From positions 682,001-746,000 of the forward strand of contig QPMI01000408.1 in NCBI GenBank assembly GCA_004431415.1: a stretch of DNA of 64,000 bases. The letters are read 5' to 3'. The first letter of the stretch is position 1; each line of letters starts with the position of its first letter. The position numbers and the translations under genes are program-made. Shown here piece by piece: positions 1 to 29,847 of the stretch. The stretch is from Cyanophora paradoxa CCMP329 (lineage: Eukaryota > Plantae > Glaucophyta). The notes below the pieces were generated by a model. It was not told the DNA's origin, did no database searches, and was given only the letters and a program-made list of their open reading frames with translations.

Positions 1-11557
<11,557 letters not shown>

Positions 11558-11788
11558 CGCTCCGGCCGGCCTCCCGCTTCTGATTTAAGTACCCCGGCCA
11601 AAGCACGCTGTACCCGAGCTGCCGACGTGACGGGGACGCGAACTCGGATCGGCCAGGTTTCGAACCGTTACTCTGAGGTTCGGATAATCGGTCGCAATTG
11701 GCTGTCTTCCGTCACGTCATGATCAGGCCGTCAGCGACGCCAGGCATGCGCAGGCGTGACTGCAGCTGAGGCGTCGCGCGCCAGGCTC

Positions 11789-12310
11789 CAGTGATGGCCG
11801 TTTAATATTAATATCCAGTAATAAACATTATTATAATGCATTATAATAGTATTATTATAAGGTTCCCCCGAATCGGGGACCTTAACAATACAATATTAAT
11901 ATACGGGGGTACCCCCTATTAGTGCGCTTTCTTTTGCCCAGGAGCGCACCACGACGCAACTTAACGCTTTAAAACGATGTTTAAGATGTGTCTGAATGCT
12001 CTGCGAGCGCTCGGACATCCTGACAGCTCCATGGAACACACCTCAGGTACCATACCCCTCTCACCATCTCTTAAAGAAGGCACAAGCCTGTTCTAAACAC
12101 GTAGCTGCACAGTTCAAACGGTTGAATCTTGCTTACCTGCTTCATTTAAGAGTGCTGAATGCACGAAGAAGAAGCAGCACGGGGCTGCCGGGGCGGGGTT
12201 TGTATGGAGCATTATTATAATACACTATAATGTTATTAATATTATAATAAAGACCTTAACTATTAATGTTAAGGTCGGCGTTTTGGGGAGTATTATTAAT
12301 GCCATCACTC
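11789..12310. mobile_element. AT-rich MITE-like non-autonomous DNA element, hAT-like ends
   Basis: Terminal inverted repeats CAGTGATGGC (11789) and GCCATCACTC (12301-12310). AT-rich imperfect subterminal inverted repeats (attattataa blocks) and small hairpins. No coding capacity. TSD not resolved. Confidence 0.55.
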
Positions 12311-12929
12311 AGTGACTGGCGCCAGCCCGTCATGATCACAACTCATGATCACGTCGATCACAGGATCCGCCGAACCGGCGCCGGATCGATATCCGGCTAG
12401 CTAGCTTAATTCGGATCCGGAGCTACGCACTGTAAAGCTTTAAGCAGGACATATTTAAGAACCCAAAATGTTCAGTAATTCCGGGGTTAGGCCTAAAATA
12501 ATTAAGAGTTAGTCGCGGAAGCCGCTGACCTTTAGCAGGGGGTTCCGGGGTGCACGTAGGCGCGGCGCGTGCAACGGGGGGTGCTCGACGCCAGCGACGC
12601 CGCGCGCTTCTGCGCTCCCTTCGACTCGGCGAGCAATTCACCGACGGCCGCGCCGACGTTACTGCGCTACGTACCCCCGGGCCTCGGGTTTAATAGTATC
12701 AAAAACTTTAGTACGCATGCGCAGGCCTTGAAACTTAGTACTATTAATATATCCAACCTCTTAAATATTTCCTTCCTTCGCGCGCTGGCTTTCCTCCTTC
12801 GTGGCAACTTCGTGGTATCACTGGTAAGCTCAACTGCCAGGTTGGATCTTCAGGGAGCGCGCACCTTTTAGACCGGTCACATTCGCATCGCACACGCCTA
12901 AATCTAGCCGACGCGTACGCATTTTGATC

Positions 12930-12973
12930 GCAGCATCGGCAGCAGCAACAGCATCAGCAGCAGCAGCAGCAGC
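12930..12973 (+). repeat. (CAG)n-like microsatellite upstream of the beta-helix gene
   Basis: gcagcatcggcagcagcaacagcatcagcagcagcagcagcagc. Confidence 0.8.
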
Positions 12974-13089
12974 GATTCCTTGAACCCCAGTCGCGGATCG
13001 GAAATCGTTTGAGATCTCAGCGAGGTGTGCCTGCGCTCGCCTGCGACCCGTTCGCTCTTGCGTCTGGTCGCCTGAGAGCGCGTGCGCAG

Positions 13090-15099
13090 ATGGCATCGCT
13101 CGTCCTGTCGTTGAGCGCGGAGCAGGAAGGTCAGCGCGCCGCGGACGCGCCACGCCGTCACCCCGCGTCCTCACGCCCCTTCCGCCCCAGTCTTCTCCGC
13201 CATCGTAGACAAGTCCTTAGAGACGAACAGCGCCGCGAGGCGCTTCGAGACACTCGAGGACGCCATCGATGCGGCGCTTGCGTCGGAATGCCCGCGGCTG
13301 GACATTGCTATCCGCCCGGGCGAGTACCGCCCGGCTTCCACCATCGACCTCGACGTTACGGGCCTCCAGTTCACGTTCCGAAGCGAGTCGGGCCAGGCGA
13401 AGATCGTAGCCCCCGCGCCGGGCGACACCATCATGAACCTGAACGGGCGGGCCGGCAAGGCCACGCTCCAGAACCTCGCCCTGGTCGGCAACGTCCAGTT
13501 CGGCGACGCGGAGACGATGGACTGCGCCTGGACCGTCGAGTCCTGCCGGGTGCGCATGCGCCCGACGGATGTGCACTCGCCCGTCACGGCGTATCCGCCT
13601 GGCATCTGATGTGAGCGCTCCGCGTCAGATTGAGGGCGCAGGCGACCACTGCATCATCGCGGGCGGGCACTCCTCGTCCGTTCTGACCGTCAAGAACTGC
13701 CAGCTGGAGAACAAGGGCCAGCGCAAGGACGGCATCCAGGTCCGCGCGCGCGCAGGCGATCTGGACTTGCGGTTGTCATTTAGAAGCAGTGACGCGCCTT
13801 CCCAGCGTAGCTGACGTGCGCTCGCGCGCGCGGATCAGTTCTGGGAGCCGAAGGGACGCCTGCTCGTCGAGGGCTGCACCATCGCCGGCTGCAACAACGG
13901 CATTATGACCGGGTGCGCATGCATGCCATGGCCATGTGCATCGAATTAGATTCAAACTTCCCCGTGGCCGGCGCCCACGCCCATGCATATGCACGTCTGA
14001 CTGACTCCGACGCGCGCGCAGCTTCTACGAGCAGTACAGCGTCGGGGACGTCGTCAGCGATGGCATGCGCGCCGACGTGCGTCAGACAGACTTGAATTTC
14101 AAAATTCCGGATGTGCGTCGCGTTGCTAACATCAGCATTGCTCGCCGTCGACGCAGATCAAGGGCAACCACATCTCCGACTGCGTGAACGGCGCGCGCGT
14201 CTACCCCGGCGTCACGGGTACCATGTCCGACAACCACATCTGGTGCGCCCCTTCCCCACCCCAGCTCCGGCCCCCTGCAAAATACCTACCTATACCTACC
14301 TGCTTTTCGGGAGTTGATCTGACAAATTAAATATATCAGGAACTGCAAGGAGGCGGTGGACCTCGTGACGGAGACGGTGGTCAAGGGCAAGCGGGAGCTG
14401 CCGGGCTTCGTAGTGTCTGGCCCCGAGCCGGGCGCGGCGCCCGCCAAGGCCCTCACGATCGACACGAGCGCCGGCGGCGAGCGGCCGGCGCCGGCGGACC
14501 TCTTCACGCAGTCGGCGCGCTCCATCATGAGCGAGGACCACCTTAAGGGCGCCGAGGAGAAGTACTCGGCCGTGGAGTCGGACAAGGCCCGTCTGGCGAG
14601 CGAGGTCGCACGCCTCGAGAAGCAGCTGGACCTGGCATTCGCCATGGACCGGGCGGCGTGGGACAACCACCTCCGCACAATCCCGCCCGAGGCGCTCGAC
14701 GGCGTCCGCACGCGGCTGCTCGCGATTTTCGACCGCGTGACCCAGATGGCCGTGCGCGCGGGGACGCTCGGCGGCGCCGTCGGCTCCAACGGCAACTCGG
14801 CGTGCGGGAGCCCCCGGGCCCCGCGCTCCATCAACATATACCCCGACGGCGTCTCCATGGGGGGCCTGAGCACGGGGCGGCCCCCGCTCTCCGGGGGCAA
14901 CACGCCCACGGGCGCGGGCGGCATGGTCCGCGTCCCGAGCAGCGAGCTGCTGGGCGCCGGGCCCCGCCGCCGCTCGAACTCGCAGGACGGCTTGGGCTCC
15001 GACCGCCGCGGCTCGGGCTCGTACGACGCCACCTCGCCCCTCGTCGCCGCCCTCGCCGCCGGCGCCCCTGCCGCCCTCAACGTTAACAAGGCCTTCTGA
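13090..15099 (+). CDS. Right-handed parallel beta-helix (pectin lyase-like) protein with C-terminal coiled coil and disordered tail
   Basis: Spliced model MASLVLSLSAEQE|...RFETLEDAIDAA...IAIRPGEY...ATLQNLALVG...|IEGAGDHCII...LTVKNCQLEN...DGIQ|...LLVEGCTIAGCNNGI|...|IKGNHISDCVNGARV...MSDNHIW|NCKEAVDL... The T-L-x-x-A-I-x-A...I.I.PG.Y cap plus repeated strands are typical of beta-helix proteins. TGA at 15097-15099. Confidence 0.75.
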
Positions 15100-16472
15100 G
15101 GCGGGCAACTGAGCCTCGAGCTCGGAGCCGCTCAGCAGCGCGGCGGATCCGCAGCGATCGGGCGAATCCGGACCCAGACCTAGATCCCTGCGAGTCTTTT
15201 TCTTTAATTTCGCAGGCTTCACGCTTTTTCGCTTTAAAACCCACAGCTGCAGGCGTAGTTCTAGTATCCATAGCCCCGGCCCTCGAGTTTCTGGCTGAGC
15301 GCTCCGTCTTGCAATTGGCTGGCCCTGTCATCGCGACTCGTCGAGTCGTCACTACAGTGTACAGTTCTTCACATGCATTTTAAATACATATGCATAGGGT
15401 TTCATTTCGTGCGGTAAATTAGTAATCTACCGTAGTCACTGTGTCCGACGGACGGTGGATCGACGTCCGACGGTCCCCCTCCCTTTTCATTGCTAACTCA
15501 GTTTATCGCTGTCAGGCTATTTCAGTTAATCGCTAATGTAATTACGTGACCTTAATGATAAGTGATTGCATGAAATAGAACACTGAGGATCCGATGATAT
15601 GTCTAGCCAGAGGGCTCGGAGCCTCGGACTCCGGGAGGCCCGTGGCAAGCCTCAGCTGCCGCAGTGCAGGACCTCATGATCTCTGTGACCACACATGATC
15701 ACTGTGAGCCTATGATCATGAGCCTCGGAGTACGCCGTGACGCCGCTGAGCCTTTATTTAAATTCGAACCATAAATTAAATCATATAAACGGGGCCACTG
15801 GGCCATGGCGATGTCCCGCAGGTGCCGGTGGCCGCGCCGGCATGTACATGTGCATGCTTCATCGATATCATGGCATGGCCATGCCATGATGGCATTTAGT
15901 TCGAAGATGCATGATGCTCTGCAGCTGCATGCGCAGTCCGTAAGGGCGAGCCGACGAAGATTGACCTTCAAATAAAAGGATTTGCAGCTTTGGGCTCTGC
16001 CAGGCTGGACATGGGACTCCAGGAGGCCCAGCCCGGGGCCGACCCGGGCCGGCGCCCCCCACTACATAGCTAGATGTAAGCCATGGCCACGGCCCGCTGG
16101 TTAATGTCGGATCAAAAAACAAAAGCTATTGAACAAAGCTGACGTTTCAGAACCGGCGTTCAAATGCAGCGGACAGGAAAGACGGGACGGGGGCGGGAGG
16201 GGGGCGAGGAGGTGTTTGGGGGGAGGGGGGGTGAGGGCGGGGGGGTGGGGGGTGGGGTGGGGGGGGGGCGGGAGGGGAGGGGGGGAGAGGGGCGGGGGGG
16301 GGGGGGGGGGGGGCGAGAGTGATGGAGGTGGCGGAAGGGCGGGGGTGGGCCGAGGCCGCGCTGGCGCGCGAAATCTCTCGAGCTCGCCCCCTAAAGCTCT
16401 TAAGCTTGGGCCCTAGAGCTCTCTGCCTTTAAGGCTCGCCCTCTTAGGCTCTAGCTATACAGGGCTCTGAGC

Positions 16473-18884
16473 CTAAGGCCGCGCCAGGAGGCGCGCCGCG
16501 AGGAGGCCCTCGACCGCGTCCTCCGCCTCCTCGAAGGCGCTCTGGCCCGTACCCCTCCCGGCGGAGAGGTCCACCTCGAGTTCGACTCCCGGCGGGAGCT
16601 TTTGGAGGACCTGGGGCGCGATCGGCTGGGCTGGGGGGGGGGGGGCGGGCGGGGCGGGGGAGTGGCTGTGGAGGCACCTCGAAGGGGCGGACGGAGGCGG
16701 CCGGGGGGGAGGCGAGCTCGGACGAGACGCGGAGGCGGCGGAGGGCCGGGAGGGCCAGGATCGCCTCCGCATCGGCCTCCGTCAGGGTCCGGTCGAGGCT
16801 CAGGTCCAGGCTCGCGAGGGCACGGCGGGCGCCGGCGCAGGAGAGGAGCGCCGCCACGTCCGCGGGGGAGAGCGAGGCGGGGCCTGCGCCAGAAAGTGAG
16901 AGGGAGGGGGGGGCGGGGAAGGGCCCCAGGCCTCAAACCGGCCACCTACCTTCCAGGTCCAGGGTTAGCAGGGGGGCCCAAACCGGAAACCCCAGGCCCA
17001 GGGTTAGCAGGGGGGCCCGGGCCCCAGGCCTCAAACCGGCCACCTACCTTCCAGGTCCAGCGCGAGCCTCGAGAGGCGGGGGAGGCTCGAGATCGTCTCC
17101 GCGTGAGCGCGCAGCAGCGCCGAGGCGGCGGCGGGGCCGGGCCGGTCCTCCATCTCCTCCTCCTCGCCGTCGCTGTGCATGCCGGTGACGTGGACGGACA
17201 CCTCGCGGAGGGCCCCGGCGCGGCCCAGGGCGAGGAGGGCGGCCGGGGCGATCTCGCCCACGCACAGCTGCGCCCCTCAGACGAGAAGAGGGTAGAGGGG
17301 TACACGAGTGGGGGGGGGAGGGGTACCTGGAGGGGCTCGAGGGACTCGAGCTTGGGCATGCGCGCGAGGGCGAGGAGGCCCGGGTTGCGCAGCCCGGCGA
17401 GCGCGGGGCAGGCGCCGGCCGAGCGCCGCGGGAACTCTCCCTCCCTGCGCCCCGGCCCGGGGCGGTGAGCTCGAGGGCCCAGGCGAAATAGTAGTAGAGG
17501 GAGGGCAGCGAAGGATTGCAGACGTGGAGCTCGAGCTTGGCTGGGCCTTAGCTTAAGCTGAGCCTAGTTCAGCTTCGGCTCGAGCTGACTTGGGTGGGGG
17601 GTGGGGGGGGGGTGGGGGGGTGGGGGGGGGGGGGGGGGGCAAGCACCTGTACGCCCCGGGGCGAGGAGGAGGGCGAGCCGCCGGAGGCTCCCGCCGGCGG
17701 CGCCGTCCGCGAGGGCAGCGACGCCGCGGGTCGCGTCGAAGGGGGCGGCGGGGGCGAGCAGGACCAGCTCCTCGAGGTGCGGCAGAGATGCCAGCGCCGC
17801 CATTACGGCCGGCACGGACCGGTCGCCCGGCCGCAGGCTGACCGCGCGCAGCAGGGGGCACGCCGCGGCGATGACCGCCGCGATCTCCGGGCCGACGCCC
17901 CTCTCGACGTCGCCCGCGAAGAGGTCGAGGGAGCGCAGGCCGGCGTAGGGCGCGAGGGCGGCGCGCAGCTCGGCCCGGGTCGGCCACGGCCGCATGCTCG
18001 GGATCGCGGCGTGGATGCCGACGCTGAGGGCCTCCAGGGCGACGGCCGCCCCGTCCGGCGGCGCCAGCGCGCGCGCGGAGGGCGCCTCTCGGCGACGGCC
18101 GCGGCCGCGTGGCTGCCGTTGCTCATCGCCGGCCCCTTCCGAAGCTCGAAGGTCACGTGCCGCGGCTGCGTGGGGCCGCTGCGGCTGCGGCCGATGGCTT
18201 CCAGGAGCTCGCACGCCGCCGCCACGATTCGCCAGTTGTTCTCGCGCACCGCGGCGGGGCTCAGCGGGTCTTTCCGGACCTGGGTGAGCTCACACCGGAG
18301 CGAGAAGCTGGCGCCGCCCAGGAGCTGCAGCTTCCCCGCCTCAATGAGAGCCGAGACGGTTCTGTGCATGCGCGTCGCGCTGAGGCTGCCTTTGATCCGG
18401 AGGTCGAAGCGCCCCCAGCCCGTGCCGACGATCACTCGCCTCCAGCGCCTGCGGTCCGTGTCGTTAGTCCGATCCGGCGGCCCCTTGCTATAGCCTCAGC
18501 GCTGACGCTTGCGCAACTGCGCATGAGCGAACGCGCACCTGCAGACGCCGCGCAAGGGCCAGCTCGCTTGCGGCCCCAGCACGTTGAATACGTGGCTGAG
18601 AATGGCGTCCGAAAGCGATTCAAACGATAGTGGGGCCCGTGGAGGCGCGGCTTGCCCGGCCGCGCGCTCTTCAAATTCGAATCCGCGGGCCCGCTTCTTC
18701 GCGCGCGCGCCCGGCTCGCGAGCCGCGACGGCGTCAGACGGCGATGGCTGGTGGATCTGAGGCTCTCGCAATCAGCGACGCTCGCCCCGCCGGCGCCATC
18801 CGGATCGGAGCGCGGGTGGACGCTAAGGCCTAGGCGGCGCGCTTTTTTGTTTAAGAAGAGGCTCACCTTACGCGTAGTACGCAT
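16473..18884 (-). CDS. F-box protein with LRR/RNI-like C-terminus; contains an apparent frameshift near 18080
   Basis: MRTTRK|IHQ...SFESLSDAILSHVFNVLGPQASWPLRGVCR|RWRRVI is an F-box motif. It is followed by LRR-like units (GLRSLDLF, CPLLRAVSL, LPHLEELVL, LRRLAL, LASLDLSL, LPALRRLRV). Stop TAG at 16473-16475. Confidence 0.72.
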
Positions 18885-19249
18885 CGCAGTTGAGCCTCGC
18901 CCCCCAGGGGCGCTTGCCGCTCGCACGCTGCGAAATCAAAAGTGCACCCCGGGCGTGCGCGCGCACCGGTACCCGCCTTGGCACCCGGCTGCCTGGTCCC
19001 GGCACCTCCCACGCGCGAACGTGCGCCCAGTAGACTGTCGGACCGCGATCTGGGCTCGTATCTGAGGCTCGAGGACCCGAGGGCGGCCGTGCGGCCGCGC
19101 CAGACGAATCCGACAGCGCGCGAGCGCCGCGGAACTGCAGCCAATCAGGGATTGTGCAGCGTACGTCGCTCAAAGGCGAGCTCTCTCCTCTGCCCGGTGC
19201 GGAAGGCGGACTGCAGCGCGCCGGCTTTGCGCGGCTTTAAGCGGGGCGG

Positions 19250-21615
19250 ATGCTGGAGCCCGAGGGGAGCGCGGGGCCGCTGACAGCGGAATCGGAGCTC
19301 CCCGAACACCAGTTCTTCAAGACGTCGTACGCCGTCGACTGGCCGTGCCTCCGGCAGCAGCTGCGCAACATTGAGCAGCGGGTGATCATGAGAGAGCGAC
19401 GCGAGCCGCTCCTGCCCCGCTAACACGCAAGCGCGCCGCGCAGATCTACACCGTCGGGGACCTCTTCCGCGCCACCGCGCTCGACGTGCATGTGCGTGCC
19501 CCCCGCGCTCATCAGCGTCGACGCCGGGCGCTGACCGCGGGGCAGAGGGCGACCGATGTCCCCCTGGAATACGTCAAGGACCTCATGCGAGGGACGGCGG
19601 AACTGCTCGTGGGCGCCCCGACGACGGCCCTCGAGATGAAGGCGGCGCCTCTCCTGCAGCTCCGCCTCTCGACGGGCTGCCCCATCCTCGTTCGTCCCAG
19701 CCCGCGGCCGCCCGCGCTGCGCCGCGCGTCGCACGGGCGACGAACGGGAGCGCCGCGCGCGCGCCGCAGGACGAGCTGCTTCACTCGGAGGGCGCCGCGG
19801 CGCTGGCGGCGGCGGCGGACCCGGACGCGTACGCCGGCGAGCGGCCGCCGCGGGCCGTCGGGGAGGGCGGGGGGCTCCTCTGCGCGTCGGGAATCACCGA
19901 AGTCTCCGGCGAGAGCGCCTCCGGGAAGACGCAGCTCTGCCTGCAGCTCCTCATGCAGGCGAGTGCGAATCGAATTTGATCCGGATCGAATTCCAACCGA
20001 ATTTGACCCCGCGCTGCAGGTGCAACTTGGGTTCGCGGACGGCGGACTCGACGGGAAGGCCATCTACATTTGCTCCGAGGGTGCGTTCTCGAGCTCGAAT
20101 CGGTTTTTGAAGCTCCGCTTACCCCGCCGACCCTTCATCGCCCCCCCTTCCCCCTCCAAGACTTCCCGGGTAGACGGATGGCGGACCTGGCGGCCGTTTA
20201 CGCGGCGCGGTACCCGTACCTCGGTTCTGCGACCGACATCAGCAACAGCATCTACGTCGAGATGCTACCCCCGGTGCCCGTGTCCCTGAATCGCTGTACC
20301 TCGATTCCGAAGTGACGCGCGACTCAGACCGGCACGGCCGACGAGCTCGAGAGCCTGGTTCGAATCCGGATCCGCGCGCGGCGCCCCCGGCGCTTGATGC
20401 GGATCCGTGCGCGTACCCCCCGCAGGCCCTGCACAGGCTCTCGGGGCTGCTGAGCACCCAGAAGGTCCGCCCGGCGCCCGCCCCAGCGCCCTAGAGAGAA
20501 GAAGACTAGCGAGCGGGCTGGAGAGCAGCCGAACCCGCGTCCTCAAGGAGGACTGCTCCTCGGCCGCCCCGCCCCGCCTTTTTCTCGCGGGGACCTCGGG
20601 GCCTCGAAGCGAGGCCTGGACGCCTCTGACCTCGCCCCCCGGCCCCCGCCCCCCCTCCCCCCTCCCCCCCCCCCCCCCCGTCCCCCGGCAGGTGCGGCTG
20701 GTGGTGCTGGACTCGGTGGCGGCGGTCTTCAGGGGCGACCCCGACGCATCCGACCGCGCCCTAATCACCGTCCGCACCCGCCCCGCCCCGCCCCGCCCCG
20801 CCCCGCCGCCCCGAGCCCGCCGGGGCTGACGGCCCCGCCCCACCCCGCCCCTCTCTGACGCGGCCCCCGCAGCGCTCCGAGACGCTTTTCCGGGTCGCCA
20901 ACGCGCTGAAGGGCCTCAGGTGAGCGCGAGAAGAACTCAGGTGAGCCCGGGCGGGCCGGGCGGGCGCTGAGGGGCCCCCGCGATCAGCCGGAGGCACGCC
21001 GTGCCCGTCGTCGTCGTGAACCAGGTACCCCCCTCCCCTTCTTCACCCTTTCAGGCGAACGCTCAGGCGGGCGAACGCTCAGGTGAACGACGCGGTGGAG
21101 GACCGCGCCGCGAGGGACCCGGGCCCCTTCGGCATCCCCCGGCCCTACGTACCCCCCCTCCCCCGCTCCTCCGGCATTCGCAAGGCGCGCGCGCACCGTA
21201 CCCCTTGGGATCGAATCCGGGATGTCTGAATCCCGTACCCCCAGGTCCCGGCGCTGGGCGTGACGTGGTCCTCCTGCGTCAATTCGCGCGTCTTCCTCAC
21301 GCGAAGCGATGCGCCGCCCTCCGTACCCGCCCTCCCGGGCCCCGGTGCGACATTTTTCTGCTGTGCCCCCCGCCGATCCCTGACCCCGCCCGTGTCGGTT
21401 CAGGCGGCCACGCCCCGGGCGCTGTCCAGCCCCCCAGAAGGTTCCCTACCCCTGCCCAACCTTTCGCCTTCCCCCCCTTCTTGACCTTACCCCCCCCCTC
21501 CCCCCCCAGAATGGCCTACGTGATTCTGAGCCCGCACCTGCCCCCCCGCTGCTGCGAGTTCGTGGTGGACTCCGAGGGCGTCCGGGGGGTACCCGACACC
21601 CTCTACGAATTCTGA
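19250..21615 (+). CDS. XRCC3: RAD51 paralog XRCC3
   Basis: LSTGCPIL|DELL...GGGLL..GITEVSGESASGKTQLCLQL (Walker A), GGLDGKAIYICSEG, VRLVVLDSVAAVFR (Walker B), VPVVVVNQV, PALGVTWSSCVNSRVFL and SPHLPPRCCEFVVDSEGVRG; the last two are characteristic of XRCC3. Confidence 0.88.
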
Positions 21616-21742
21616 TCACGAGAAAGCGCCGACACGAACGGGCGGCAGCTAAGAATTCGAAGCGGGGGCCGGGGGAGCGAGCTGCTAAGAATTCGAATTC
21701 TGATCATGAGAGAGCGCCGACACGATTGACGGGCCAGAGCTA

Positions 21743-23473
21743 CTACTGAGCGGGGGCCGGGGGCGCGAGCATGTCGGGCCCGTCGTAGAGGGGCTCGCAC
21801 TCGCGGGCGGCGACGCGGATGGCCTCGTCCACCACCGCCGCCACCGCCTCCGGGTGCTCCTCGTGCGGCAGCAGCGCCCCCTGCGAGGCCGGGGGGGGGG
21901 GGGGGGGGAGGGGGAGGGGGGGGAGTCAGCCGGAGGGCTAGAGGAAGAAGAAGAAGGGTGGGGAGGGCGGGCTCGAGAGCGAGAGCGAAGAGAGGAAGCT
22001 AGAAGAAGTGGGAGGCCGGGGCGGGGGCGGGGCGCGGGGGGGGGGGGGGGGGGGGTGGGTAACGGTGCGGACCGGGACCTCGCGGCGGGTGGCGCCGGGC
22101 GTGCCCGCCAGGTCCTCCATGTCCGCCTTGGAGGAGGGCGGCGCCGCGCGGCCCACCAGCACGTTCACCTGAGGCGGAGGGAGCTAAGCTCAAGAGCTTA
22201 AGATTCAGAGCTTGAGCTTAAGCTGAAGCTTGAGAAGTCGAGCCGGGGCCGATGGAGCGGCGACGCCCCGTTTCCTGTGGGCGCACCGAGCAGCCGGGGA
22301 TGCGCGAGAAGCCCACCATGACGCCCTGCGCCGGGCCGGCCCGGCTCAGATGCCCGTGAGCGGGCGGGCGGGGGCGGGGTCCGGCTCAGACTCGGGTGAG
22401 CCGACCTGGGAGAGGCAGAGGTAGATGGGCTTGGAGCGGTAGAGGTCGAGCCCGCCGGTGACGAAGCTCAAGCTCGCGTTGAAGGCACCCGGGTGCCGCG
22501 TCTCCTGCGCGAGCCGAGCCAAGCCAAGAAGTCAGGAAGGAAGGGAGAAGTGGTGGAGAAAAGGAGCGGAGCGCCACTCGCCTGGGCCTTGGCGGCGATG
22601 AGCTCGGGCGTGGCGAACGAAGGGTCGCCGTACACGTGCGCCTTCAGCTGCCGCTCGATCTGCTCCGGCGTCACGAGGCTGCGGCGGGTGGCTCGGGTCA
22701 GGTCAGGTCCGGTCGGTCAGGTCAGATGTGATCTGATCCGAGCCCCCCCCGCGCGCGCCTGCGGTAGAGGGAAGGCCCGACGACGCGCGTCGTGATGACG
22801 TTTCGGAGGGCCGTGAGGGCGACGCGCTCGAGGGTCGGGAGGTTGATCTTGCGCGAGAGGAGCGTGGGGAGGGGCCCGCGGAAGGTCGGGCTGACGAGCG
22901 TGAGCGACATGAGGCCCGGGATGGGCTGCGCGGAGGTGCTGAGCACGCCCAGGGCGTAGGAGCAGCCGTGGCCCGCCATCACGAGGTGGATCCGCGAGTC
23001 GGGGCTGCGAGGCGCGCAGCGCGCGGCGCGCGCGAGGGAGCGCGTCAGCTATATAAAGGCGCGAGAGGGCCGAACCTGCAGGCGCACAGCTCCTTCCCGA
23101 TGGCGTTGATGAGGGAGCGCAAGTACTCCATCATGGCGTGGCCCCTGTGCGTCACGTTCGTCGGCCGCAGGTCGCCCCAGCCGGGCCAGTCGAAGGCCAT
23201 GCGAGTGGAGTGCTCGGAGATGCGCTCCAGCATCGCGTGGCCCTCTTTCCGCGTCGACACGGTGCTCAGCGCCGGCAGGTGGAGGACGACGTCCGGGGCG
23301 GGGCCGCCGCCGCCGTGGAACAAGTCTCCCGTGACCTTGCCCCAGCGCGGTAGCTCAAGCTCGAACGTATGCGCTTTTGAGGCCGCCGTCGATGCGGCGC
23401 GCCGAGCGCCGCGAGCCGGCGCGAGCGCCCTCCAACTCGCCGCAGCCGCGAGCGGCGCGGCGTGCAGGCGCAT
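21743..23473 (-). CDS. Alpha/beta-hydrolase fold protein, cyanobacterial/plant-type family, with probable organelle presequence
   Basis: LHLPALSTVSTRKE, AFDWPGWGD, VMAGHGCSY, LVSPTFRGPLP, HVYGDP, SFVTGGLD, GALLPHEEHPEAVA. The N-terminus is Ala/Arg-rich. Stop TAG at 21743-21745. Confidence 0.8.
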
Positions 23474-24544
23474 CGCCGTCGCTGATGCGATGCCGGCCGC
23501 GCCGCTCGGCCGCAGCGCGCGCGAGACAATCATCGCTGCGGGTAGACGCTTCGACTTCTGCGCCTGTCGGTCGAACGTTTACCTGCTCTGGATGCAGGCC
23601 GATGCTAGAAGTTGCCGCGCGCTGCTCGAGGGGTTCGGATGCCCCGCACTCAGTGCCAACTTGACGAGTCGACCGTACCCCAGACCCGTCCGAGCCCCCG
23701 GTCCTCGCCGCTCCACAAACAGCTCGCTGCTGAAGCGCGCGGTATGCTGCGGCGCGAATGATGCGAAGCTCGTCTTCGCGACCTGCAACGGCGTGCTTGC
23801 AGTGGGGCACCCCCAAGCGTACGCGCGCTAGCCGCTGAGCGCTAGCGCTAGCGCCAGTACTATAGCTAGTGCTCCACCTCCCGGTGCACGTGCTGCGGGC
23901 GCCTTAAACTTGCGCCCTTGCAGAGCCCTTTCGGGCGATCGGGCGGGACGACGGGGCATCATATGGCCTGGAATCCCGGCCCGGATCCGGAGAATGCTCT
24001 CAGCAGCTTTGTTCAGCTTTAGCCGACGTCGCCGTCGACGTCTGGCTGCGCTCTGCCCGATCGCGAGCTCGAGATCTAGAACTCGAATCGAATTTCAATT
24101 CATAATTATATTGCAAGCGCCTGCGCCGGCGCCGGCGCGAGGCTGCGAAGGTCTCCCTAGCAAGGCCTGGCGAGGCTGGCGAGTGTTCGAACGCTCCAAG
24201 AGGTTCTCAATACCGAATATGTATTCGCTGTAGACCCCCCACTATACAGCCCGCTGAAAAAGGGACATAATCTCAAGGGGAAGCGGGATACGACCAAGAG
24301 ACCGCCCAAAGAACTACTGCTCTGCCTCCTGGAATCTCATGGCGAACAGGAAAGGGAATCGAAGAAGACCTAGGGGAGGGAGCGGGGCTGTCGGACTTTC
24401 TGACTGTTTCTGTTTTCGAAGTATTCATTGAAAGGATCGAACTGTGGAGGCGTGGGACTGTACGCGGGATCGAAAGAAGGCGTGAAGACAAAGAGGGACT
24501 AGTGTACAGGGGCGCGCCCTGGCCTGGGGCACCCGAGCGGCGCC

Positions 24545-29378
<4,834 letters not shown>

Positions 29379-29609
29379 GACCGCGGCCGGAGGAGCCTAC
29401 GTGCCGGAGGACGGCGATCCTAGCTGGCCTGCCCTAAGCCCGGCGACGCCGAGCCGCCGAGAAGCACGCTTCTCGCGCGAAAAACCTAGTACCCTCCCGG
29501 GGGAACCGACCTGGCTTGGGTACAGAAGGTGCGCCGCGCGCCTCAAAGCGCGCCTTGGCCAATCGGCCTATCTCGCCAGCCGACACGCCCGCAGCACGGG
29601 TTCGGAGCC

Positions 29610-29847
29610 ATGCGTCCGTTCCAAGCGAAGGCCTTCGGTGGCTTCGTTCCGCCCGACCCGAAGTGGTATCACGTTCGGCTGGGCCAGGTCTTCGGCGCCA
29701 CCATGTGGTTCTGGATCTTCTACCGGGCAAAGGAGGACGGCCCCGCCCTCATCGTGCGCCGTGGCGCCCTTGCGCCTTTGCGCCGCTTTATGATGGATTG
29801 CCGCCGCACAGGGCCTCCGCAAGCCGTGGGACCACCACGACCATTAG
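29610..29847 (+). CDS. NDUFB2: Mitochondrial complex I accessory subunit NDUFB2 (AGGG)
   Basis: Two exons: MRPFQAKAFGGFVPPDPKWYHVRLGQVFGATMWFWIFYRAKEDGPALI|GLRKPWDHHDH*. The MWFWIxYRAKxDGP..G..HPW-like motif is the NDUFB2 signature. Intron at 29754-29811. Confidence 0.88.

Noticed and set aside
15350-16130. CACTACAG at 15350 as a CACTA element start
   Set aside because: No matching right terminus or subterminal repeats found; treated as AT-richer intergenic DNA.
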